Made by a program: the position numbers and the translations under genes
Origin: Candidatus Thalassarchaeaceae archaeon
GTDB taxonomy: Archaea; Thermoplasmatota; Poseidoniia; Poseidoniales; Thalassarchaeaceae
Assembly (NCBI GenBank): GCA_045568075.1
Contig: JBJLBP010000001.1
Span: forward strand, 1,320,001 to 1,352,000
Direction: 5' to 3'
Length of the DNA: 32,000 nt
Shown: piece by piece, positions 8,414-16,649 of the stretch
Layout: every line of letters starts with the position of its first letter
How positions within the stretch are numbered: the stretch's first letter is position 1
The notes under the pieces: generated by a model
Told to the model about the DNA's origin: nothing
The model's input: the letters and a program-made list of their open reading frames with translations, nothing else
The model's database searches: none

Positions 8414-10366
8414 TCAAATTTCGATTCCACGGTTGCGTGCATCTTCGGCCTGAGCGTCTGCTCGTCCTGCCTCGACATCGACAAAGCGCATCATCACCGT
8501 TCCAATGATAATCAATATGCACAAACTCGCTACTCCGACTCGACTATCGTAAGCTACAGTCAGGATTCCGTAAATCATCGGGCCGAGCAGCGCTGCTACC
8601 TTTCCGAAGAAGCCAAAGAAGCCGAAGAACTCAGCGCTGCGTGTCTCGGGAACCATTTGTCCGAAGAGCGAACGTGCAAGCCCCTGAGATCCTCCAAGAA
8701 GAGCTCCGGCCATGCATCCGAGCAGCAGGAATTGGAACATCACGTTGATTCCCAGAGGCTGCCAGACCAAATCTCGAACGGTTGATGGAATCGCATCAAG
8801 AGGGCCATCACCGAGACTCGTTGGATGCTTCTCACCCATACCACTCGAACCGTCGAGTGGGCCGCCTTGAACGTTGTAACTGAAGCGACTCTCTTCGGTG
8901 AATGTGGCAAAGAAGGCTTCCATTCTCTCAATGTTATTCGTGCTGCTGATTAGGTATTCATTCTCAGGGTCATCAAAGGCGTAGACCGTCTTGTCAGTGT
9001 AGTCTTCATGTTGATGAACAGCCATGACATCCATCCACTCAGACGTCCAATCCTGTTCATCACCTTCAACTGCTATCGTTAGAGCGTAAGCATTCGCCCC
9101 CGTCGAAATCACATATTGACCTACACCTTCCAATCTGGCTTGCTGTAATGTAGATTGCAGTCCTGATGGGTGGCTTGAAGCATCAAGTGGATCGGTACCC
9201 GCCGCAATCTCCTCCTCATTGGTGTACCAATCGCCGTCGATATTGTCATCGGAATGATCGGCGATTCCATCACCATCGGAATCCCAATCATACTGAATAT
9301 CGTAATCAGAGTGAGCATCCAATGCTAGAGGGGCGAAGGACATGGCACCAAGCACGACCACAACCCAACCTACCAGAGACAAGGTCAACGCGTACTTCGT
9401 ATTCGTCGCCTCGGCAAGCTTAGTGAAGGCAATCGCACACGGAGCGGCGACGAATTGAATCACCAATATTGTTGCAATCAGCGCAGTCGTTGTCAGCCCG
9501 AGCACGGTAATTCCGTAGATTCCAGCAAGCGCAGTAACCGAGTTGATTCCATCGATGAAGAAGAAGTAAGCTAGCATGTAGATGAATAGCGTCTTGAAGC
9601 GATCGATCTGTCCGAATGTCTTGCGCAACTCAGTGAAGGCGAGACTGGCGGACTCTGAAAAACTGAGGCTTTCCATTTCATTCTCGATTGGTGGCTCCGG
9701 GACATATTTGAAGGTCAACATCGCGAAACCAAGCCACCAAGCTCCTGATGAAGCCATTACGAAGGGAATCACCCAATCAGGATTAGAACCATTATCGTCA
9801 ACAATCATCATGACCATTACGAGATGGACCAATAGAAGCAACCCTCCTCCAAGATATCCGTAGGCGAAGGCCTTGTTCGAGATAGCATCCATCTCATCAT
9901 CGGTTCCCATGTGAGGTAGTAGAGCGTTGTAGAATACGCCAGCACCGTTGAGGCCGATATTGGCCGTCAAGAACATCAGAAAGAGCCACACCCACTGGAA
10001 CGAGATATCGAACATGGGGGCGAAGGCGAGAGCAAAGGTCGAGCCCGCTCCAAGATAAGTCAAAATTCTCAGCCACCACATCTTGATTGCACGTCTGTCA
10101 GCAATGACACCGAGTGATGGACTCGCGAACGCAACCAGAAGAGCACCGATGGTGACGGCAAAGGACCAAACTGCATCAGAAGTCATTTCCATGCCGAGAA
10201 TTGTCGCTTCCAGCCCATTCGCTTTCAGGAAAATATAGGCGAACCAAGCAGGGAGCACCGCGGTAGTCACCGAGGTCTCAAAGGCTGACTTTCCCCAATC
10301 ATAGAAGGCATATCCCCTCACTGCTTTCGGATTTGATTCTCTATCCAGTTCTACTCTCTCGGACAT
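8414..10366 (-). CDS. MFS transporter (Atg22/UMF1-like) with a large hydrophilic loop insertion
   Basis: The N-terminal signature RGYAFYDWGKSAFETSV is typical of the Atg22-like MFS branch, and there are about 12 hydrophobic spans. A ~190-aa acidic hydrophilic segment (aa 364-550 of the 664-aa ORF) lies between two late TM helices. The start is set at ATG 10366 (MSERVEL...). The longest ORF reaches ATG 10408. Confidence 0.7.
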   Translation of the reverse strand: MSERVELDRESNPKAVRGYAFYDWGKSAFETSVTTAVLPAWFAYIFLKANGLEATILGMEMTSDAVWSFAVTIGALLVAFASPSLGVIADRRAIKMWWLRILTYLGAGSTFALAFAPMFDISFQWVWLFLMFLTANIGLNGAGVFYNALLPHMGTDDEMDAISNKAFAYGYLGGGLLLLVHLVMVMMIVDDNGSNPDWVIPFVMASSGAWWLGFAMLTFKYVPEPPIENEMESLSFSESASLAFTELRKTFGQIDRFKTLFIYMLAYFFFIDGINSVTALAGIYGITVLGLTTTALIATILVIQFVAAPCAIAFTKLAEATNTKYALTLSLVGWVVVVLGAMSFAPLALDAHSDYDIQYDWDSDGDGIADHSDDNIDGDWYTNEEEIAAGTDPLDASSHPSGLQSTLQQARLEGVGQYVISTGANAYALTIAVEGDEQDWTSEWMDVMAVHQHEDYTDKTVYAFDDPENEYLISSTNNIERMEAFFATFTEESRFSYNVQGGPLDGSSGMGEKHPTSLGDGPLDAIPSTVRDLVWQPLGINVMFQFLLLGCMAGALLGGSQGLARSLFGQMVPETRSAEFFGFFGFFGKVAALLGPMIYGILTVAYDSRVGVASLCILIIIGTVMMRFVDVEAGRADAQAEDARNRGIEI

Positions 10367-10470
10367 GGTGGCACCTGCGCTGCCGTCGCTATGTCGGGGT
10401 TTGAGCATTGGGGCAGCATCACGGAGTATGACAGGCGCGGATTCAATACCCCATCAGCGCTCGAAGGGAC

Positions 10471-11586
10471 GTGTCTGACGGCTCATCGTGGGTCCCGCCT
10501 ACGGAGAATACGATTCCATCGCTGCTTCATGGAATGCGCTTCGTTGATGGAGTCGAATTCGACCTTCGACTGAGTGCCGATGGGGAGTTAATGCTGTTTC
10601 ATGATGACTTACTTCCTGGTAGTGGAGCGAAGCGAGAGCGATGTATCGAACTACTCGACTCGGTTGAGGTCGCCTCGCGAGGGATTGATCGATTTGATGA
10701 CCTTCTAAGAAATCGCGAATTCACAGAATTGTGGATGAGTTCTTCCAAGACGGTGAATATCGAATTGAAGACCGCTCATCCAACGGCTCGAATCTCAGAC
10801 ACGACTGGTCATCTTGTAGCAATGATGACTAAACTTGAAGATTCTCTGAATGACTTCGACCTACCCCGGCGCTCAACGATGGTTTACGGTTTCTCCCCGA
10901 AAATAGCTGCAGCGGTTGAACAAAGTGGCCTGAGCCTTCCAAATACACAACTTTCGCCGCATCTGCGATCTTGGGGGCGTACCAAAATCAAGCGATTGAT
11001 TGGCTCTCCTAACTTCATCTCGAATAGTGTTTCAGGGCTAATTCGCGACCGGCGCAAAAAGGGAATGCCGGTCGTTGGGATGGCTCTGCATTACATCCAT
11101 GGTTGGGAACGTCTGATTCATCCCGGACTCCCAGTATCCCTTACTGGAAAGGGACTGAATCGGCTATTCAGCATCAGCAAGGAAATGGGATTGCATGTTT
11201 GGCCCGCTCCACTAAATCTTGAGCAATTGATGCTCGATGCAGGTATCACCTTGGTGACCGATCATGTCGATCCTACCGTACACACACTCCCCAACGGCAA
11301 TGCCCGTTGGACACGACCAGGAAGCCAGCCTTTGGATGATGAATGGCGAGTGAGGCTGGACGCATCAAGCGGTGCTGAACGTGTTGATCTTCTGAAAGAG
11401 GCCAGCGAGTCACTGCCGATGTGGCACGAGATTCCTGAACAAGTCCGAGCGGCTGATATCGCTGCTGACGCCGCGAAGTGGTCGTGGTCAGGAAAACCTG
11501 AATCTTGGACGGTTGACCTTCAGGAAGGCCGCCCATGGGGTTGTGCTCGAATCGTCGGTCATCGAGGCTCGGGCGAACATCTCTGA
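10471..11586 (+). CDS. glycerophosphodiester phosphodiesterase (GDPD) family protein, 5' end apparently frameshifted
   Basis: PPTENTIPSLLHGMRFVDGVEFDLRLSADGELMLFHDD matches the GDPD core (PENT ... E.D ... DG..v.HDD). The ORF starts at GTG 10471 and lacks the preceding catalytic HRG. That motif is found as LTAHRGS in the adjacent frame (10478-10495, ORF 10391-10573). See findings. Confidence 0.65.
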   Translation: MSDGSSWVPPTENTIPSLLHGMRFVDGVEFDLRLSADGELMLFHDDLLPGSGAKRERCIELLDSVEVASRGIDRFDDLLRNREFTELWMSSSKTVNIELKTAHPTARISDTTGHLVAMMTKLEDSLNDFDLPRRSTMVYGFSPKIAAAVEQSGLSLPNTQLSPHLRSWGRTKIKRLIGSPNFISNSVSGLIRDRRKKGMPVVGMALHYIHGWERLIHPGLPVSLTGKGLNRLFSISKEMGLHVWPAPLNLEQLMLDAGITLVTDHVDPTVHTLPNGNARWTRPGSQPLDDEWRVRLDASSGAERVDLLKEASESLPMWHEIPEQVRAADIAADAAKWSWSGKPESWTVDLQEGRPWGCARIVGHRGSGEHL

Positions 11587-11590
11587 TTCA

Positions 11591-11615
11591 GACTCGGTGA
11601 GATATCACTCGAGTC
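11591..11615. terminator. hairpin spanning the convergent GDPD / citrate synthase junction
   Basis: GACTCG-GTGA-gata-TCAC-t-CGAGTC gives 10 paired bases with one bulge. It starts 5 nt after the GDPD stop. Its right arm overlaps the last codons and the stop of citrate synthase (11605-11607). Confidence 0.3.
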
Positions 11616-12774
11616 GGCGTAATGGTTGGTTTTTCGGGATGTATTTCGGGCGGTAAATCGGTGTGCCTCGCCCATCACGAGCATTACGCTCATCCATGAT
11701 TTGTGCGCAAATTCCAGCAACTCTTGCCCAGCCAAAGAAAGTCGTATAGTACTCTGGTTTGCGAAATCCTATCGCGTGTAGTAGCGAGCCACTAGCAATA
11801 TCGACATTTGGATATGGATTCTTGATCTTAGGATGCTCCATCAGAATCGGTGGGACAACCTCTCGCAGTGTCTTAACGATGCGGTAATTCTCGTCATCGG
11901 GGCAAACTTCCGCGCCTAGCCCGATGAGTAATCGTGCCCTCGGGTCCTCAGCTCGTAGAACTCCGTGTCCAAAGCCAAAAATCGGGCGCTTGGCTGCCAA
12001 CTCGGCACGCACGAATGCCTCGATCTCATCGGGGTTGTTAGTACCAATACGCTGCACGAACTCAAGGCATGCTTGGTTAGCGCGTCCATGTAGTGGCCCG
12101 GATAGCGCATTCATCGCGGAAGCGATAGAGGCATAGACAGTCGCTCGACCACTTGCCACAGCCTTTCCTGTGAATGTTGAGAGATTGCCACCGCCGTGGT
12201 CCAAGTGTAGGATGAAGAAGAATCGCAGAACACGATTCATCTTCTCTGCTTTATCGCCAGTCATACCTAGCATGTGGACAAAATTCTCCACCAATCCCAA
12301 CTCTGGCTTGCTAGGTTGCAATTGCTCCTTCTTTCCACCTCGTAAGAGGAAAATTCGAGCCATCAATTCGGGCATGCGGGCGACGAGGTTCATCGAATCA
12401 GTCCGAGCATCGCCCGTTGTGTCAGCAGCGCCCAGCGCCATGATTCCCATCGATAGCCAATCCATCGGATGGCCGCTGCCGGGAGTCAGGGATTCCAGCA
12501 CTCGTAGCGCACCGGTTGGCATCTCCATCGCACGGTGCGCCAACTCGGTTCGGAATGCCTCGGACTCCTCTTCCGTCGGCAATCTCTTGTTCATTAGGAG
12601 GTAGAATACATCCTCTTCCTCGAGGTCTGCAAGGTCCTCGACAGGATAGCCAACATAATGCACGCCTTCCATTGGATCGACGAAGGAGGTACGGCAGGTT
12701 CCAACTGGAATTCCGCGCATTCCGGAGTCGAGGTTTGACTCAGTTATCGTGAATAGTGAATCGTCCTCTGTCAT
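11605..12774 (-). CDS. gltA: citrate synthase
   Basis: Catalytic-site blocks are present: LHLDHGGGNLSTF, FGFGHGVLRAEDPRA and ERNARDGRGTPIYRPKYI. The start is placed at ATG 12774 (MTEDDSLFTI...). The longest ORF (to 12882) would overlap the divergent DUF309 gene. Confidence 0.88.
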   Translation of the reverse strand: MTEDDSLFTITESNLDSGMRGIPVGTCRTSFVDPMEGVHYVGYPVEDLADLEEEDVFYLLMNKRLPTEEESEAFRTELAHRAMEMPTGALRVLESLTPGSGHPMDWLSMGIMALGAADTTGDARTDSMNLVARMPELMARIFLLRGGKKEQLQPSKPELGLVENFVHMLGMTGDKAEKMNRVLRFFFILHLDHGGGNLSTFTGKAVASGRATVYASIASAMNALSGPLHGRANQACLEFVQRIGTNNPDEIEAFVRAELAAKRPIFGFGHGVLRAEDPRARLLIGLGAEVCPDDENYRIVKTLREVVPPILMEHPKIKNPYPNVDIASGSLLHAIGFRKPEYYTTFFGWARVAGICAQIMDERNARDGRGTPIYRPKYIPKNQPLRRLE

Positions 12775-12840
12775 CCCATCGGCCACCAATCGTCCTTCCT
12801 TGACAGGGAACCCGTCATAATCTCTACGTCCATAGGGGTG

Positions 12841-13284
12841 ATGGAGTGTGAGCCGATGAATCCAGCCGAACCCCGACCTCACGATTCTGGATTGATGGAT
12901 TGGAGTGATCTAAATGAGACCCAACAAGACCTATTCATCGAGGGTTGCACCCTTTTTGATGAAGGTAAGTTCTGGCACGCACACGAGTCGTGGGAAGACC
13001 TATGGAAATCTCTGAAACCATTGGATAGACCTATTGAAACAAACGCAATTCAAGGCATCATTCAATGTGCAGCTCTGCTGTATAATTATGAGAAGCAAAA
13101 GGTACGTGGAGTGGTCAATATGGCCTCGAAAATTCTCGGCAGACTTTCCGATATTGAACACGGAATTTGGGGAGTTGACGTCGCTGAGTTGCGCGCCGCA
13201 CTGATTCCTTTCATTCGCGACGCGGCCGAGGATGAACCGCAGTGGAATCTGAAGACTACTACGGTTCGTCTCGACTTGGCTTGA
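12841..13284 (+). CDS. DUF309 domain protein
   Basis: LFDEGKFWHAHESWEDLWK matches the DUF309 signature (F..g.yWeaHE.WE..W). Possible starts are GTG 12838, ATG 12841 and ATG 12856. Confidence 0.6.
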   Translation: MECEPMNPAEPRPHDSGLMDWSDLNETQQDLFIEGCTLFDEGKFWHAHESWEDLWKSLKPLDRPIETNAIQGIIQCAALLYNYEKQKVRGVVNMASKILGRLSDIEHGIWGVDVAELRAALIPFIRDAAEDEPQWNLKTTTVRLDLA

Positions 13285-13973
13285 TGCGCTCTATATGCTG
13301 CGTTTTACGACGATTTAAGGTCGCAACGGTCTTATCGCGTGTGTTTTGCCACGAGCCCATGACGGGGTGGCGGGATGCTCTCGAAAATTTCGACGCCGAT
13401 CACCGTCTGATGCTTGAGGGTGGCTCGCTCAGTCAGCTCTTCCTACGCTATCCGCTGACTGTTTGCCACCCACTATTCGTCGGCGTCGTCTACGGTATAC
13501 TGGCTAGTTTGACACTGATTATGCCATTCGCTTACGCTGGATGGTCGGAATCAACACCATGGGAGGAGACACTGAACGGATGGGCCGTCATCAGCCTCAT
13601 CTTTACGACGATGACTGCAAGCCTAGGTGGATTCTCTCTACTAATCTCAGGATTCGCCAAGCGACCACCAATCAGGCTTGAGAATCGTCGCCGATACCTA
13701 TTCCCATTCCCATTCCTCGGTTTGCTAATGATTACTTGGTCAATGGTCGGCGAGGCTCCTGACTTCGTTGAGCAGTTGGGTTGGGTTCTGGCAATTCTTC
13801 CTGGCCCTCTCTACGTGCACCTCTCCTACGCACCTCGATGGAGGTTGCTAGACAGAATTGACCGTGGGTTGGATCCCTTTGATGGAATGCGCCGGACGAT
13901 TGATCCCGAGGTTCGCCAAGAGACCGAGGCCCCTGGGGACGAAGACCTCGATGAAGTCGTATCAGAGGCTTGA
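13284..13973 (+). CDS. hypothetical integral membrane protein with acidic C-terminal tail
   Basis: Four to five hydrophobic spans, ending in an acidic tail (ETEAPGDEDLDEVVSEA). ATG 13284 overlaps the DUF309 stop (TGATG). The longest ORF starts at 13242, inside DUF309. Confidence 0.5.
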   Translation: MRSICCVLRRFKVATVLSRVFCHEPMTGWRDALENFDADHRLMLEGGSLSQLFLRYPLTVCHPLFVGVVYGILASLTLIMPFAYAGWSESTPWEETLNGWAVISLIFTTMTASLGGFSLLISGFAKRPPIRLENRRRYLFPFPFLGLLMITWSMVGEAPDFVEQLGWVLAILPGPLYVHLSYAPRWRLLDRIDRGLDPFDGMRRTIDPEVRQETEAPGDEDLDEVVSEA

Positions 13974-13998
13974 GGCGGCTTCTTGCTCAGATCAAGCC
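13967..13998. terminator. 7-bp inverted repeat across the convergent membrane-protein / kbl junction
   Basis: GGCTTGA (13967-13973, includes the stop TGA) pairs with TCAAGCC (13992-13998, inside the last kbl codons). The loop is 18 nt. It is weak as an RNA hairpin because of that long loop. Confidence 0.2.
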
Positions 13999-15147
13999 CA
14001 AGCTGGGGCCGACTTTCTCAAAGATTCGCAGGACCTCGTTGAGATCGTCGCGAGAGAGGCCTGCTGACATCTGTGTGCGGACGCGGGCCTTCTCGCGAGA
14101 AACCATTGGGAAAGTGATGGCTCCTGCCATAACGCCCTCATCAGAGAGGGCCTGAGAGAGGGCCTTGGCATTGGGCGACTCGCCGCACATCACAGGGATA
14201 ATCGGGGTTTGAGAGAGACCTGTGTCGAAGCCGAGAGATTGCAATTCATCTCGGAAGTAATTGGTATTCTCCCACAAGCGAGCATGATGCTCGGGTTCGC
14301 TCATCAAAACTTCCACTGCCGCCTTCTGCGCGGCTGCCACACCCGGTGGTTGGCTACCGGAAAGTAGCCAAGAGCGTGAGTGATTGAGTGCGTGAGTGCG
14401 GACATCCTCTGAACCAGCGACGATACCACCCTGAACGCCCAGAGCTTTCGAGAAAGAGCCGACCTCAAAGTCGACCTTGCCTTGGAGTTTGAAGTGGTCA
14501 ACAATTCCCGCTCCACCATCTCCGAGGACTCCTTCGCCATGGCAATCATCGACATAGACCATCGCCCCGTATTCCTCAGCGAGGGCTGAAATCTCATCGA
14601 GTGGGGCAATATCGCCATCCATCGAGAATACACCATCAGTGATGACCAGCTTGCGGTCGGCCTCCGAGTGTTCCTTGAGGACCGCTTCCAGCGCGCCCAT
14701 GTCATTGTGACCATAGACGGCGCGCTGAGCCTTCGTCAAGCGAACCCCATCGATAATTGAGCCGTGGTTCAGTTCATCGCTGATGATTACGTCTTGCTTT
14801 CCTTGAACCAAGGTCGGAATAAGTCCGACATTGGCTGTATATCCTGCTGAGTAAATCAAAGAGGCCTCGACCCCTTTGAATTCGGCCACTTTCTGCTCGG
14901 CCTCAAGATGGATATCCATTGTTCCGGCGATGGCGCGGACGGAGCCACTACCTGCGCCATACTTCCGAGTCGCCTCAATCATCGCTTCGATGATTTTCGG
15001 GTGATTCGTCAGATTCAGGTAATTGTTGGCTGAGAGCATTATCGTCGGACGACCATCCATCGTACATCGAGGAAGATTGGCCGTCTCGAGTGTAGGTGGA
15101 TTCCACTCCAAACCTTGACTTCGTAGTGAGTCATACCTCTCCTTCAT
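13987..15147 (-). CDS. kbl: glycine C-acetyltransferase / 2-amino-3-ketobutyrate CoA ligase (alpha-oxoamine synthase family)
   Basis: PLP-lysine block GSFSKALGVQGG, plus ITDGVFSMDGDIAPL and DDCHGEGVLG. The C-terminus ARVRTQMSAGLSRDDLNEVLRIFEKVGPSLGLI closely parallels E. coli Kbl as I recall it. The start is set at ATG 15147. The longest ORF begins at GTG 15177. Confidence 0.8.
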   Translation of the reverse strand: MKERYDSLRSQGLEWNPPTLETANLPRCTMDGRPTIMLSANNYLNLTNHPKIIEAMIEATRKYGAGSGSVRAIAGTMDIHLEAEQKVAEFKGVEASLIYSAGYTANVGLIPTLVQGKQDVIISDELNHGSIIDGVRLTKAQRAVYGHNDMGALEAVLKEHSEADRKLVITDGVFSMDGDIAPLDEISALAEEYGAMVYVDDCHGEGVLGDGGAGIVDHFKLQGKVDFEVGSFSKALGVQGGIVAGSEDVRTHALNHSRSWLLSGSQPPGVAAAQKAAVEVLMSEPEHHARLWENTNYFRDELQSLGFDTGLSQTPIIPVMCGESPNAKALSQALSDEGVMAGAITFPMVSREKARVRTQMSAGLSRDDLNEVLRIFEKVGPSLGLI

Positions 15148-15291
15148 CCAGGATGTGTCGCCGGTCACGCTCCTCACAGGTCGGCGACGTTGATGATTTC
15201 ATCGGAGAGTGATATTTGCTTTAGCGGTCCTATCAAATCGGCTCATCGCAGCAGTCGACGACTCTTTCACACCCTTCATACTCCCCACTAC

Positions 15292-16170
15292 ATGGTTGGT
15301 TCAGCTCCGACCCTTACCCTGCTCGGTACCGGACAGGATGGCGGCGTTCCTCAAGCCGGATGTGCCTGTGCCAATTGCTCGGCTGCATTCGAAGATGGGG
15401 GGCGCAGGCGATTGCCAGTGGCCGTAGGCGTGCGGGATGCTGCGGGTGGAATGCATCTGATTGAGGCCACTCGGGCTTTGCCAGACCAATTCCGGCTATG
15501 GGCAGATTCGCTAGGGATGGAGGCTCCGGTCCTGCCGGATAGTGTTCTGCTGACCCATGCCCATCTCGGTCATGTCGAGGGCTTGGGTCAATTTGGTCGA
15601 GAGGCCATGGGCTGTGTTGGGATGCCTCTCGTCGCGAGCGATTCAGTCTTCGAGGTGCTCGCGAATCGAGGTACATTAGAACCGTTTGAGCGAGGTGGTA
15701 ACTCAAGATCATCAGGACCACCGAGTCTTGTTTGCCCCGGCGTGCGTTTCGAATTCATTCCAGTGCCCCATCGAGACGATGCTTCGGATACACATGCGAT
15801 TCTCGTTTCTGGAGAGAGGGCGAAGGTGCTTTTCTTACCGGACCACGATGATTGGGATGAGACTCTTGCGGCTGTCGGATACGAGTCCCTGAGAGCCTGG
15901 TTCGCCTCTCTCGAACTGACTCATGCGATGATCGATGCTACTTTTTGGAGCGCTGACGAACTGGCTGGGAGAGACATGAGCGAAGTGCCCCATCCGCTCG
16001 TCGAAGACACTCTAGGGAGGCTCGGGAGGAGGAACGATAGCGACCCTGAGATCCACCTAATCCATCTCAACCATAGCAATCCTCTGAACGATCCAAACAG
16101 TCCTCAACGGCGTGCTGTTGAGGTTGCGGGTTGGGTTGTTGGCCAACGGGGTTGGACCATCGAGTTGTAA
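15292..16170 (+). CDS. PqqB-like metallo-beta-lactamase-fold protein
   Basis: The N-terminus LTLLGTGQDGGVPQAGCACANC parallels the PqqB signature (LGsaAGGGfPQwNCnCxnC). An MBL-type His cluster follows (LLTHAHLGHVEGL). The start is placed at ATG 15292. The longest ORF starts at 15190. Confidence 0.55.
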   Translation: MVGSAPTLTLLGTGQDGGVPQAGCACANCSAAFEDGGRRRLPVAVGVRDAAGGMHLIEATRALPDQFRLWADSLGMEAPVLPDSVLLTHAHLGHVEGLGQFGREAMGCVGMPLVASDSVFEVLANRGTLEPFERGGNSRSSGPPSLVCPGVRFEFIPVPHRDDASDTHAILVSGERAKVLFLPDHDDWDETLAAVGYESLRAWFASLELTHAMIDATFWSADELAGRDMSEVPHPLVEDTLGRLGRRNDSDPEIHLIHLNHSNPLNDPNSPQRRAVEVAGWVVGQRGWTIEL

Positions 16171-16214
16171 GCCGTAATACTGATGCTTATTTGCAATGGG
16201 GGCAACCCAAGTCC

Positions 16215-16649
16215 ATGCGTCTGTCAGGGCAAGTCACCAGTGGGCTCGGACGCGCTCATGTCTTCATGGCGCAAAGCCACTATCAAGACCAGTTCAAGGC
16301 AATTCTTGGAGCAGGAGCGTGGCCTGGGACTCTGAATGTAGATGTGGTCGGGGAAGACCTAGGACACTACCTCGAATTGAGAGTCCACGCTGGACTGGAT
16401 GATGGCGATCCAGAATCAGAAATTGAATCGATACGGATAGCAGGTTTCGAGCGCGATGGTCGATCTTTCGGCGGTGCGACCGCTTTCCCAGCCGAGATCT
16501 CAACCAATGGAGAGAATTGGGTCGACTGTGCCATCCTAATTCCTGACCTGACTCGGCACACAGAGACTGCTGAAGTAATTTCGAGCGCATTCCTTCGTGA
16601 GAGACTGCCGTGCGATGACGGAGAAAGCGTCACCCTCCGCCTTGGTTGA
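16215..16649 (+). CDS. ribK: archaeal CTP-dependent riboflavin kinase
   Basis: GQVTSGLGRAHVFMAQSHYQDQFKAILGAGAWPGTLNVDV matches the MJ0056-type riboflavin kinase signature (G.V.SGlG.g..f ... PGTLN). The start is set at ATG 16215. Confidence 0.75.
   Translation: MRLSGQVTSGLGRAHVFMAQSHYQDQFKAILGAGAWPGTLNVDVVGEDLGHYLELRVHAGLDDGDPESEIESIRIAGFERDGRSFGGATAFPAEISTNGENWVDCAILIPDLTRHTETAEVISSAFLRERLPCDDGESVTLRLG

Noticed and set aside
8596-8625. Short DNA periodicity gaagaagccaaagaagccgaagaa
   Set aside because: It is simply the in-frame coding of the FFGFFGFFG segment of an MFS transmembrane helix, not an independent repeat element.
10391-10573. 60-aa ORF as an independent small gene
   Set aside because: Only its AHRGS segment is meaningful. 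It is better explained as the displaced 5' end of the GDPD gene (see the frameshift finding). The remainder (RLRRIRFHRCFMECA...) is out-of-frame GDPD sequence.
8378-11617. Shared 9-mer TCGAGTCGG at 8378-8386 and 11609-11617, flanking the MFS-GDPD pair, as possible cassette or mobile-element boundaries
   Set aside because: A 9-nt match is expected many times by chance in 32 kb. No longer terminal repeats, target-site duplication or recombinase gene are present.
12170-12604. 144-aa plus-strand ORF
   Set aside because: It is antisense inside citrate synthase, with Arg/Ser/Pro-rich composition.
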